Assembly (NCBI RefSeq): GCF_006345805.1
Contig: NW_021832535.1
Span: 1-54,440, forward strand
DNA length: 54,440 nt
Source: Octopus sinensis
Taxonomy: Eukaryota
Direction: 5' to 3'
Positions 25,873-36,519 of this stretch are shown one piece after another; the first letter of the stretch is position 1, and every line of letters starts with the position of its first letter. The translations under genes were made by a program, and so were the position numbers. Under the pieces are notes generated by a model. It had not been told where the DNA came from. It searched no databases and saw nothing but the letters and a program-made list of their open reading frames with translations.

Positions 25873-25903
<31 letters not shown>

Positions 25904-25924
25904 ACATATATATAATATATATAT

Positions 25925-26932
25925 AACTTAGAATAACTTAGAAAGGTTTTGGCCAGTATTGGCCCAGGCCATGTCTAACTTAATAGCTCCACCTGGCGAA
26001 GTCTTTCAATTCAGGATTTGGGCACCGAGGCCCATTTGAGCAGAGAGTTATTGTTTGCGGAGACATATCGGGGTGTGGGTGGTTTGTCCGGGACTGTTTG
26101 AAGGAATTTGTCCAAAGACTTCTTGAATTTTGTGTGGTCAGTTTCTGTTTTGACGTGTCCTGGTGTAATGTTGAAGAGAGCGGGTCCAGTTGAGGTGAAA
26201 TAATTGTGCCGCAATGTTGTTATGAGATGCGATTGAGATTTTTGTTGTGGACAGATGGCACGGGGTCCAAGTCTTGGATGTATATTGAAGGTGATGCCAA
26301 CATCATTCGGATAGTGTTGATGGAATATTTTCCACATCATACAGATAATGTAGCGTTCACAGTGTCGTTGGAGTGAATACAGTTTCAGCTTCTCTAGTCG
26401 ACCCCAGTAGTCAAGGTCTGACATGCCATCTATCTTTTTTGTGATTGACCTTTGGGGAGCTTCAATTCTCATAATATTTTGTTTTGTGTAGGGAGACCAC
26501 AGTGGACATCAGTATTCAAGGTGGGGTCGGGCAACAGTGGAGAAGAGAAGGATAATAGTGTGGGAATCTCTCGACTGGAAGGTTCTGAGAATCCAGGAAC
26601 ACATTCTGCGGGTCATGTCAACTTTGCTGCTTATATGTGTAGCCCAGCTTATGTTGTTGTCCACTGTTACTCCCAAGTCTCTGATGTTGTTAGACGCCAT
26701 GAGAATTTCTCCAGAAGGAAGAGAGTATGGGAGTTTCAGAGCGTCCTCCCTTCCAAAGTGGATCAGTTCAAATTTATCTTCGTTTAGCAACATGTTGTTC
26801 TTTTCCGCCCATTGGACAACAGCCAGTAGGTCTGACTGAAGGCTTTTTCAGTCATCCATTCCATTGATGACCTTCTGGAGCTTGGAATCATCAACGAAGG
26901 TTCTGATGTTACTGTGTTTGATGGTGTCAGTA
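25925..26932 (-). mobile_element. CR1-clade LINE 3' part (RT C-terminus and thumb)
   Basis: RTFVDDSKL, LNEDKFELIHFG, IRDLGVTVD, WILRTFQSRD, RPHLEY and RLEKLKLYSLQR, with one frameshift. Confidence 0.9.
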
Positions 26933-27024
26933 ATATCATTTATGTAATATCATTTATATATATATATATGTTATATATATGTATTATATATATATATTAT
27001 ATATATTATATATGTATTATATAT

Positions 27025-27056
<32 letters not shown>

Positions 27057-27078
27057 ATATATATGTATATATATAACA

Positions 27079-27115
<37 letters not shown>

Positions 27116-27244
27116 CATATATAATATATATATATATATACATACATATATATAATATATTGATATGGAGGTCAGTTCGGACAAAGAGAATAAGAGTGAT
27201 ATGACCCACTTTTTGCTGGTCTGTAGAGTCTGGGATAAAAAGTT

Positions 27245-28179
27245 ATTGCCTTTTGTTCTGCCATTTTCTGGAGAGATTTGTGTTTTTGGAAGAGACCTTT
27301 GACCCTGTTCCGGTCAGGGAAAGTTCGAGAAACCACCCTTTAAAATGCGACGTGCTGTGAGCTTTTGGGTCAGTCGGTCGGCAGTTTTGGCCAAAGACAG
27401 GAGTGATACGGACGGTCAGCCAAGAAGATGGCAACAGGGCGAGGCAGCGACATCATTGAGGAAGACAGACAGTGAATGTGAGGATGACAAGCGAGAGGTT
27501 TAGAAAGACATACACAGAGGACTGAGAGCGAAGGAGAGGGATTACGGCGGATAGAAGGCATGGCTATTGTAGTAGGAGTTGTAGCTAGAAAATGTAACGG
27601 TATGTGTTGTTTATGTTTTGATGTGAATTGTGTTAAAAAGAGTTGTTAAAGATAAGAGAATTGATGTGTCAAAAAGGGAGAAAGAACTGTGAATTAAGGA
27701 AAAGAGAAAAAAGGAAAGAGGAAAAAGAAAGAACTGTGTTGAAAAGAAAAAGAAAGAGAGAGACTAATGTAGAACATTGAACTGATTTGAACTGTTGTCT
27801 GCGGACTGTGCTATATCGTGAACATTCTGTTTTGATTCAACGTGAACTGTTTAAATGCTTTGATTTTGTTGTTTTCTTGCATGTTATTTTCTTTAATGTA
27901 TCTCTGATATGTATCACATTGTATTTGATGTTGTAATGATTGTTATAAACTGTTTTTAAATGTAAGCCAACTGCCTTCCGCCGTGTCTCTGTATCTCTTC
28001 CTGATGTTGTTGTTGTTGTTCTCTCCGGTCGCCGGTTGCCGAGTTCACTGCCATTCCCCCACCGAGTCCTCTCTGTGTGGTGAATTTCCCGTTCGACTGG
28101 GCCGGTCAATCGTCGTCGCTCGACTTGGTAGGGTCCCGGGTTCCGAAGAGTTCGAGCGACGGCAGGTGGTATCGTAACA
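27245..28179. mobile_element. Putative solo LTR (gypsy-like)
   Basis: Right end ...GGTATCGTAACA, GC-rich terminal segment, no ORF. Left end and TSD not identified. Confidence 0.3.
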
Positions 28180-28383
28180 CTATATATATAATACAAATAA
28201 GAAAATGGAGAAACAATTTAGTTTTTCATCAACTATCAGATATTATAATGTTGAATTATTTATTCATTTAACAAAATGAGAACCTTAATAGCATACATAT
28301 ATACATTATAATTCAATACATATAAGATAAGAATACAAATTATAAAAGTCATAATATAAATTATTGAAATCATTAAAATCACT

Positions 28384-28512
28384 CCTTACAGCTGTTTCAG
28401 CCTATGGATAAAAGTAGTTTTTTCTTCAGTGCCTATAGTTGTCAGTTATATTGAGGTTGTAGGCATTTAAAAATAGGGTACTTATATATATAACCATAGG
28501 CCTCGTCAGAGA
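28384..28512 (-). ncRNA. Type I hammerhead ribozyme (family 3) in an orphan AT-rich pLTR-like repeat (~28190-28860)
   Basis: TCT-CTGACGA-GGCCTATGG(86-nt loop)CCATAGGCT-GAAA-CAGCTG-TA-AGG. Stem II is 9 bp and stem III is palindromic, but stem I is only 3 bp. Confidence 0.65.
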
Positions 28513-28808
28513 TTATAAAGAACTTTAAAAATACTAATACATGAAACAGGATACATGTATAATTTAATATATATAAAAATATGAACAAATATCCATATAG
28601 AATTACACATATAGATGTATACATACATACATAAGCAGAGTATATATACTCTTACATGTGTATAAACACATAAATAAACACAATCAAACAATAGGTCCAA
28701 GTAAATAGACCATCCGTCATATACATATGTATACATATATATATATATACATATATACTGGAACATACATCTATGCTCATGACTACATAAACAATAATCA
28801 ATTATTAC

Positions 28809-28839
<31 letters not shown>

Positions 28840-28967
28840 GTAATCTTCACTACATATTATAATAGATTCCAGTATATCCAATATTACGATAGAAGATAAA
28901 CAATCCACAATCCATACAAACAAATATAAACATATATATATATGTATACAAATATATATATATATAT

Positions 28968-29280
28968 ATCACCGTGATCACCATGACCAACCAGGCTATC
29001 AGATGTTGCTACACATCGCTGGTCACAATGCGTTTAAATGACGCCACCCCGCTGGCTAAGCGAGCAGGCCAACAGAAGAAAGAGTGAGAGAAAGTTGTGG
29101 CGAAAGAGTACAGCAGGGATCGCCACCACCCCCTGCCAGAGCTTTAGGCGTTTTCGCTCAATAAACACTCACAACACCCGGTCTGGGAATCGAAACCGCG
29201 ATCCTACGACCGCGATCCTACGACCGCGATCCTACGACCTCGAGTCCGCTGCCCTAACCAGTGGGCCATTGCGCCTCCAC
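28968..29280 (-). mobile_element. tRNA-derived SINE (family D) with a triplicated 14-bp unit in the head
   Basis: GTGGAGGCGCAATGGCCCACTGGTTAGGGCAGCGG...(GGTCGTAGGATCGC)x3 GGTTTCGATTCCC, ending in a GTGATCA-like tail. Confidence 0.8.
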
Positions 29281-29329
29281 ATACATATAATATAATATAT
29301 ATATATTATATATATATATTTATTAATCA

Positions 29330-29813
29330 ATATAGGGTGGCAAAAAATTTCGTAGAATTTTTTTGCCACCAGCGGCCTAGTGGGAAAAAATTAAATAGTC
29401 ATAGACCATTTATAAGTTCAACATCACAATCAAGGAACGGCCATAATAGGCCATTCACCCACTAGAAATAACAGCCAAAGCTTCAACCGCAAAATAACAT
29501 TAATTCCGCAAACCAGGAGAAAATTAAAAAAACATTTACCCTGTAATTTCTTATACGATGCACCGTTTCATCTATTGTTTAATGGTAAACTAACCTGATT
29601 AAATTAAATCAAGCCAATCTTCCATAGGCCGATAGATTCGTCAGTAAGAACAGCCAGATCGGAGCAGATATTTTCACGAGGCACTTCAATCCCTGCCTCG
29701 GCAATATCTGACCTAAAATTTTCAAATCATCGCACTCGCGCCAAATTTATCGGCAGCAAATATAAGCCGTCGATTCCATTACGGAAATTAACCAGAAAAT
29801 TCATAATTAATCA

Positions 29814-29815
<2 letters not shown>
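29330..29815 (-). mobile_element. Orphan PLE-type terminal repeat carrying a hammerhead
   Basis: Terminal hairpin GGTGGCAAAAAA/TTTTTTGCCACC (29336-29370), motif TAGAAATAACAGCCAAA as in 11310 and 22445, hammerhead at 29548-29650, (TA)n on both sides. Confidence 0.65.
29548..29650 (-). ncRNA. Type I hammerhead ribozyme (family 4)
   Basis: TTCTTA-CTGACGA-ATCTAT(56-nt loop)ATAGAT-GAAA-CGGTGCATCG-TA-TAAGAA. Stems I and II are perfect 6-bp stems and stem III is near-palindromic. Confidence 0.85.
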
Positions 29816-29882
<67 letters not shown>

Positions 29883-30383
29883 TGTATGTATACATACATA
29901 TATGTATATAAATATATAAAAAACACCTACAGTTAGACTATGGCTTTTAGTATATAGTTCTTCTTAATACATACAAGTGCATGCTTCATACCAATATGAG
30001 GATTCTTTTCCCTTTCGTCCAAGTTGGAGTTAAAATTATATTTGTATTTTTATCCAACGAATTATGAAGTATCATAGAATAATTCCACAAAAAATGTTCA
30101 AACAATAAAACATTTGATTATGTATGATAGATAAGCTATAATAGCTATGTTATATGTTATATATTAATATTTTAGAGTTTCAAAATTATTGGGGGTTAGG
30201 GAGCGATTATTTTAAATCATAACCTATTTCTAATTGGTTAACACATTTGAATTTCTATGCTTCGTTTACTGTTAGTTAATAGAAGATCTAATTATTAAGT
30301 AAATAAACTGTGTTAATCACTCGTATTTACAATGTATATGCTTAAATTAACTTTTAGATATTAATCTTAAACAAAGAGTTCTT

Positions 30384-30436
<53 letters not shown>

Positions 30437-30442
30437 ATATAT

Positions 30443-30512
<70 letters not shown>

Positions 30513-30602
30513 ATATATGTATGTATATATGTATATATATGTATATATGTATATATATATATATTTATTTATTTATATATATATATATACATATATATAA
30601 AG

Positions 30603-30830
30603 ACCCCCTTCGGTCATGAATGACCATGGGATTCCACCTAGAAAGTTACCCTCCTAGACACAAGTCCGGGCAAGGTTGTTTATGGAAGACCAGCAGTCGC
30701 CCATGCATACCAGCCTCCCCTCTCCACGCCACCAGTGTTATCCAAGGGAAAGACGAAGGTCGATACAGCTTGGCACCAGTGACGTCGCAACTCATTTCTA
30801 CAGATGAGTGAACTGGAGCAACGTGATGCA
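30603..30830 (-). mobile_element. SINE/LINE 3' fragment
   Basis: Shares TGAGTG.ACTGGAGCAACGTGA with the SINE at 4719-4971. Embedded in (TA)n. Confidence 0.5.
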
Positions 30831-30879
30831 ATAAATATATGTATGTAATATATATATATATATATTTATATAGCAAATA

Positions 30880-31359
30880 AGAAAGTGGAGAGGATAGAAA
30901 ATGGACGGAGATCAGCCAGTAAATATTCCAGAATGTCTATTTATTCCAATGTATTAGAATGTATCAGGTGAATAGAAACACTTTTATTAGTAGTACAGCA
31001 TATCAAATATAAAGAGTTGGTAATTGCAAGAGCAAGGGTGTGGGAACAGGGGATTGAAGGGGTACCTGAGCAAATGAGAAGACTGACAGTAGGTGCTGGT
31101 TCCATTTCTGCCAAGAGACAACGAAATCATCCAGGTTGTCTCCATCTCTTCAGTGTTGTGTAGGGATGAGCAGGTAAGACTTGGACAATGAAGTGCTTCC
31201 AGGCTTCTTCAGGGGGTCCAAATGGTCAGGAGGGGCTGACATATGTAAAGACAATTAATAATGGCTAGAAAAAGAATAGGAGTAAGAACAAGAACAACCA
31301 TGAGGATTTGGGGGAAGTACATCTTAGTATAACCCAAATCATTATACTAAGATGTACTT
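30880..31359 (-). mobile_element. Probable LINE 3' fragment ending in an 18-bp fold-back
   Basis: Minus-strand WTPEEAWKHFIVQVLPAHPYTTLKRWRQ-like peptide. Perfect IR AAGTACATCTTAGTATAA/TTATACTAAGATGTACTT at 31315-31359. Confidence 0.35.
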
Positions 31360-31377
31360 AGTATATATATCTATATA

Positions 31378-32885
31378 TCTCTTATTATAAAAGGCAGATT
31401 TTATCTGCCTCCCTTTGTATGATTGATTGATTGATTGATTGATTGATTCTAGTTTCAGCTTATGAGCTGTGGCCATGCTGGGGCACCGCCATTTGGTGTT
31501 TCTACTTGGTTTTACTTCACGAAAGCTTTTTAGCAACTGCTATTTGGTGCATGAGAGAGTTCGATGCAGCTGCCCTCATCTGCCCCTCCTGCCGTGAAGT
31601 TGGTTCATCTGGGACACCTGACAGGAAGAGATCCAGTTCCATTTTAAAGACATTTGCATCCACCCCATGCAGGTCTCTCAGGTTCTTCGTGAGGATATTG
31701 AAGAGCTGTGGGCCTCGGAAGCCCAGGCTATCACAGTATCTTGTCCTACATCTGGATGGCAAATTTGGAGTCCTAGGCACCACGCAGTGGCGCCCAGTTC
31801 TGGCATTTGTGTAACTCTCGATGCCAAAGTTTGGGACACGTCCCTCCAGGATCTTCCAGATGTATATTATGGCATATCTTTCCCGCCTACGCTCCAAGGA
31901 ATATAGTTTTAATCTCTTGAGTCTTTCCCAGTAGCTTACATTCTGCATAGAGGCTATCTTCTTCGTGTAGCTACGCTGATCGCCTCGAGCTCTGTGATCA
32001 ACTTGACACTGGATGGTGACCATAACTGAGAGCAATAGTCAAAGTGGCTTAGGACAAGTGTCCTCCAGAGGACCATCATGGTTTCTTGTTCTCTTGTTCT
32101 AAAGAGAACAAGAAACCATGATGGTCCTCTGGAGGACACTTGTCTATCTTATAGAAATCTACAATATAGGATTTCTTCAATTACAATTTACCTAGCATTT
32201 TTAAGAGTAGAATGCATCGGGTCGTGCCAGGTCCAGTTTTTAAAATTTCAACCCCAATTAAGCAAAATTTCGAGAAAACTCACATTGTGGTGTCTGAGTC
32301 AAGTGCTTTTCTTAGTGTGGGCTATAGCATACACACACACACACCACACACAAAAAGGGAGCGAGCTGATTCACTCACGCTATCACTCTCATTTCTACGA
32401 CTTTCTCTTTGCAAGTTTGCAACGATTAAAGTGAAACTAATTCGATAAAACGAGAGAAGTGTACCTTAAACCACTACTAAAAAAAAAAAAACAGCAAACA
32501 GAAACAAATAAATACATAACGATTTACTCCTCACACAATTTCTTCAATTAGAGTGTACCCATGATTTTTCAAAGTACTTCCATTGGGTGATGCCATAAAA
32601 AATTTCTTTCAATTTTACCCCCAATTAAGACAAAATTCGAGAAAACTCAATATTTTAACATTTCACTCAGAAAGCATTGATGTACATGTGTGCGTGCGTG
32701 AGTGTGTGTGTGTAATTCCTCACACACACGCATACACATACATATATGACAGTGACAAACACAAACGTTTCAAACAACTACATACAAACACGCGTGTGTT
32801 TGTTATTAGTAAAAAGGCGCCAAAACACAACTCACTTATCATTCCAACACATTTGCAAAGACACACGGACGGTCGAATTGCTATA
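31378..32885 (+). mobile_element. Helitron-like repeat (family 2), split by a CR1 insertion
   Basis: Starts TCTCTTATTATAAAAGGCAG. 31378-31418 joined to 32144 onward reconstructs the uninterrupted copy at 34982. A canonical CTRR 3' end was not found. Confidence 0.45.
31419..32143 (-). mobile_element. CR1-clade LINE 3' part with (ATCA)n tail and 5' fold-back
   Basis: RTLVLSHFDYCSQLWSP, YWERLKRLKLYSLERRRERY and VFKMELDLFLSGVPDEP. 42-bp inverted arms at 32054-32143. Confidence 0.9.
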
Positions 32886-33049
32886 ACAATACAGAAAAGG
32901 TAAATTGGTTTTTATTTTACTCTGTATATATTTTATTATATAATATTATATATAGATATATGTATATATAATTGCAGTATGAAACAGTGTTTATGTATAA
33001 ACAGACGACACTTATATATAGTTATTAATAAATGTATGTATCCGTTTAA

Positions 33050-34116
33050 CCCTTTCGTTACCAAACCGCCCGAAAAAAACTTTGGTTAATCTGACCAAGC
33101 CGCCCCAAACCGCCCGAATTTACCTATTCATATTTAAATGAGAATATCAGAGTAAATCTCTTTAGTACATTCGTGAAAACACGTATTATACTTCGTAAAC
33201 AGTTCAACTACAGTTTTGTACAAAAATCGAAGTGTAATTTTAATTCCGTGAATTATGGGAGATTTTTTTCCGAAATTTGTTCCTATTGTGTTTTCAAAAT
33301 TTGTAATTCTGACAAAAAATGGATACGAATTTCATTATATCAAGCAGCGAAGGATTTTCTACTGAAGGATTTTCTACTGAAGACCTTCATAAATCTAACT
33401 CTATGACTGAAAAAAAAAAGCATGTGGTATTTGATAATGAATCTGATGTTTCATTTTCCGAAAGTGAAAACAGTGAATCCGAGATAAAGAAAATGAATTG
33501 GCACCTGAATGGAGTGAAAATTTAAAAACTGTTTCTTTCGGTGATTTTTCTGAAGAAACTGGACCAAGCCACAGACTTTCCCAGAAGGGTAAAGCCTTAG
33601 ACTATTTCTATTTACTTTTTCGAATGAGCCTATTTGAAATCATTACAGCGGAAACGAACTGTTACGCTCAACGTAAACAAAGCGAAAGAAAGGATAGTTT
33701 GTTATTTCCCACAACCTTAAATGAAATTAAGGCCTATTTTGCCATAAATATTATTATGGGTATCAGAAAGTTACCCAAAATAACAAATTCTATCGTAAAA
33801 TTTTGTTGTATACCCAATTGAATATTAGCTAATAACCCATTTTCTATAGCGATGTTTGAACAAAATTTTAATAATTTTATATATTGTTGAATTTACCTGT
33901 ATCTACCTGCAATTAGAGTCACTTTATCACAAAAATTATAGTATAGAATTGGTTGAGAACATTTCATTAAATTATCTTCCAAAATTCATGTTAATATATT
34001 GATAAATAAAAAAGTTATAGTTGTTTAATGAAACCAGACTAAATTTATGATTACGTTAGAAATTAATTGAAACACATAAGGGGTGTTTTTTGGTCAGAAA
34101 TATAGTAACGAAAGGG
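33050..34116 (+). mobile_element. Non-autonomous piggyBac deletion derivative
   Basis: TTAA|CCCTTTCGTTAC ... GTAACGAAAGGG|TTAA. Internal transposase N-terminus ALDYFYLLF..IITAETNCYAQ..TTLNEIKAYFAINIIMGIRKLP. Confidence 0.92.
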
Positions 34117-34226
34117 TTAAGAAAAACCAAAAAATATTTTATTCTTTGTAAATGTTGCGTTCAAAATAACATTTTCTTTTAAGAATGTGTATATAACAAA
34201 GTATGTGTATAACTACGTGGCTTATA

Positions 34227-34624
34227 TCTTTATATATAAGAGTGAAGTTGTGTGTCTGTCTCCTACGATTTAGATTCCTAACTACTCCCACATTTTGCGG
34301 TGCAGTTTAACCAAAAGCGGGTATCTTATAGTCGTGATTCATATCGAGCCCTTCTGGGTATAAGCGCGCGTCTACGATGAGTCTACGATTTTAAAAAAAT
34401 TACCATCATATTTTTCCATTTTAATGCATTTTTTTCGCTATTATATAAGGGAAGTAACTCTCTAAAAATATCTACGATGTGTCAACGATTTAAAAAAAAA
34501 ATTTACCTTAATTTTTTTTCAATTTTTAATCTTTCTTTTTGCTATTTTTTGGCTATAACTCTCTAAAAATGCTTATATAGTTATTTCCCTTACAAACCCG
34601 AGCAACGCCGGGCGATACTACTAG
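34227..34624 (+). mobile_element. Non-autonomous Helitron (family 1)
   Basis: A|TC ... CCCGAGCAACGCCGGG..CTAG|T, colinear with 2412-2787. Confidence 0.85.
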
Positions 34625-34749
34625 TATATTATATGTGTGTGTGTGTGTGTGTAATATATATATATGTAATATATGTAATATTTATATACATGTATATATG
34701 TAATATATACATAAGTATTTATGTAATATATATATGTAATATGTATATG

Positions 34750-34968
34750 CAGATGTCTTTAAAATGAAACTGGATCTCTTCTTGTCAGTATCCCAGATGA
34801 ACCAACTTCACGGCAGGAGGTGCAGATGAGGGCAGCTGCATCGAACTATCTCATGCACCAAATGGCAGTTGCTAAAAAGCATTCGTGAAGTAAAACCATG
34901 TAGCAACACCAAATTGCGGTGCCCCAGCATGGCCACAGCTCATGAGCTGAAACTAGAATCAATCAATC
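34750..34968 (+). mobile_element. 3' end of the same CR1 family as 31419-32143
   Basis: Reverse complement of ~31440-31660, ending AAACTAGAATCAATCAATCA. Confidence 0.85.
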
Positions 34969-34981
34969 ATATAAATATATA

Positions 34982-35640
34982 TCTCTTATTATAAAAGGCA
35001 GATTTTATCTGCCTCCCTTTGTCTCTTATAGAATCTACAACATAGGATTTCTTCAATTACAATTTACCTAGCATTTTTAAGAGTAGAATGCATCGGGTCG
35101 TGCCAGGTACAGTTTTTCAAATTTCAACCCCAATTAAGCAAAATTTCGAGAAAACTCACATTGTGGTGTCTAAGTCAAGTGCTTTTCTTAGTGTGGGCTA
35201 CAGCACACACACACACACACACACCACACAACACACACACACACACACACAAACGGAGCGATCTGCTTCACTCATGCTATCACCCTAATTTCTCCTCCTT
35301 TCTCTTTGCAAGTGTGCAACGATTAAAGTGAAAGTATTTATATAAAACGGATCACTCATGCTATCACCATAATTTCTCATACTTTCTCTTTGCAAGTGTA
35401 CCTTAAACCACAACTCAAAACAAAACACAGCAAACAGAAACAAATAAATACATAACGATTTACTCCTCACACAATTTCTTCAATTAGAGTTTACCTATGA
35501 TTTTTTAAAGTACTTCCATTCGGTCATGGCATACAAAATTTCTTTCAATTTCACCCCCATTTCAGAAAAAATTCGAGAAAACTACCATTTCACTCTTTCC
35601 CTTCAAAGCCTTTACTCCCACTTCCTCTTTACACACATAG
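34982..35640 (+). mobile_element. Helitron-like repeat (family 2), second copy
   Basis: Colinear with 31378-31418 plus 32144-32660. Right boundary is uncertain. Confidence 0.5.
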
Positions 35641-36030
35641 ACACGCAAATATATAAATAAAATTGTAAGCTAACGTGTGTGTGTGTGTGTGTGCGTGTGT
35701 GTGAGTGTGTGTGTGTGTGCGTGTGTGTGTGTGTGAGGGTGCGCGTGTGTGTGTGTGTGCGTGTGTGAGAGTGTGTGACAGGGATGAGCCAATCAGACTG
35801 GTCATCCTTTTTGCTAGATCACCTATGGTCTTATATGCTACACCACTGGTTTTCAGTTCATATTCATCAAATTAATATTCACAAGAAGGACTATTCATTA
35901 TTATACATCAGTTCCACACATTTACCCTTGTTCCATTTCGGACAACTGCACAAACATTTGCCATTTCACACATGTATGTAAACAAATTCCTTTCTTAAAA
36001 ATTTCAATTCCTTTTCTTTTTCAATTCAAA

Positions 36031-36519
36031 CAAAGTTTTTTAGGACGAATATAAAATCTAAAGTATATCCAAGTAGCAGAAAGATCGCCCAAAAGTGTAT
36101 ATAGATATTAAATGTATTTATATATTCATCTATACACAGATGTATGTATAATATGTGTGTATATATTTCCATAGACGCACAAAGTTTTTTAGGACGAAAA
36201 TAAGATCTAAAGTTATCTCTAAGTAGCAGAAACATCGCCCAAAAGTGTATATAGATATATAAATGTATTTATATATTCATCTATGCACACATGTGTGTAT
36301 ATATTTCCATAGAGGTAACCATTCACTCCATACAAAGTTTTTTAGGACGAAAATAAGATCTAAAGATATCTCTAAGAAAAAGAAAGATCGCCCAAAAGTG
36401 TATATAGATATTTAAATGTATTTATATATTCATCTATACACACATGTATGTATAATGTGCGTGTATATATTTCCATAGAGGTAACCATTCAATCCATACA
36501 AAGTTTTTTAGGACGAAAA
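36031..36519 (+). repeat. Tandem repeat, ~150-165-bp unit, ~3.2 copies
   Basis: CAAAGTTTTTTAGGACGAA starts at 36031, 36180, 36333 and 36499. Confidence 0.9.

Larger units (their letters stand above)
22924..25875 (+). mobile_element. Young Penelope-like element (PLE1): inverted partial pLTR, 5'-truncated RT and GIY-YIG, full 3' pLTR, inserted in (TA)n
   Basis: Arms 22924-23566 and 25166-25802 are reverse complements. The ORF between them is open from the RT catalytic motif to the stop. There is a hammerhead in each arm. Confidence 0.92.

Noticed and set aside
36031-36519. Regularly spaced repeats as a CRISPR-like array
   Set aside because: Whole units are homologous with no unique spacers, the context is eukaryotic, and there are no cas genes.
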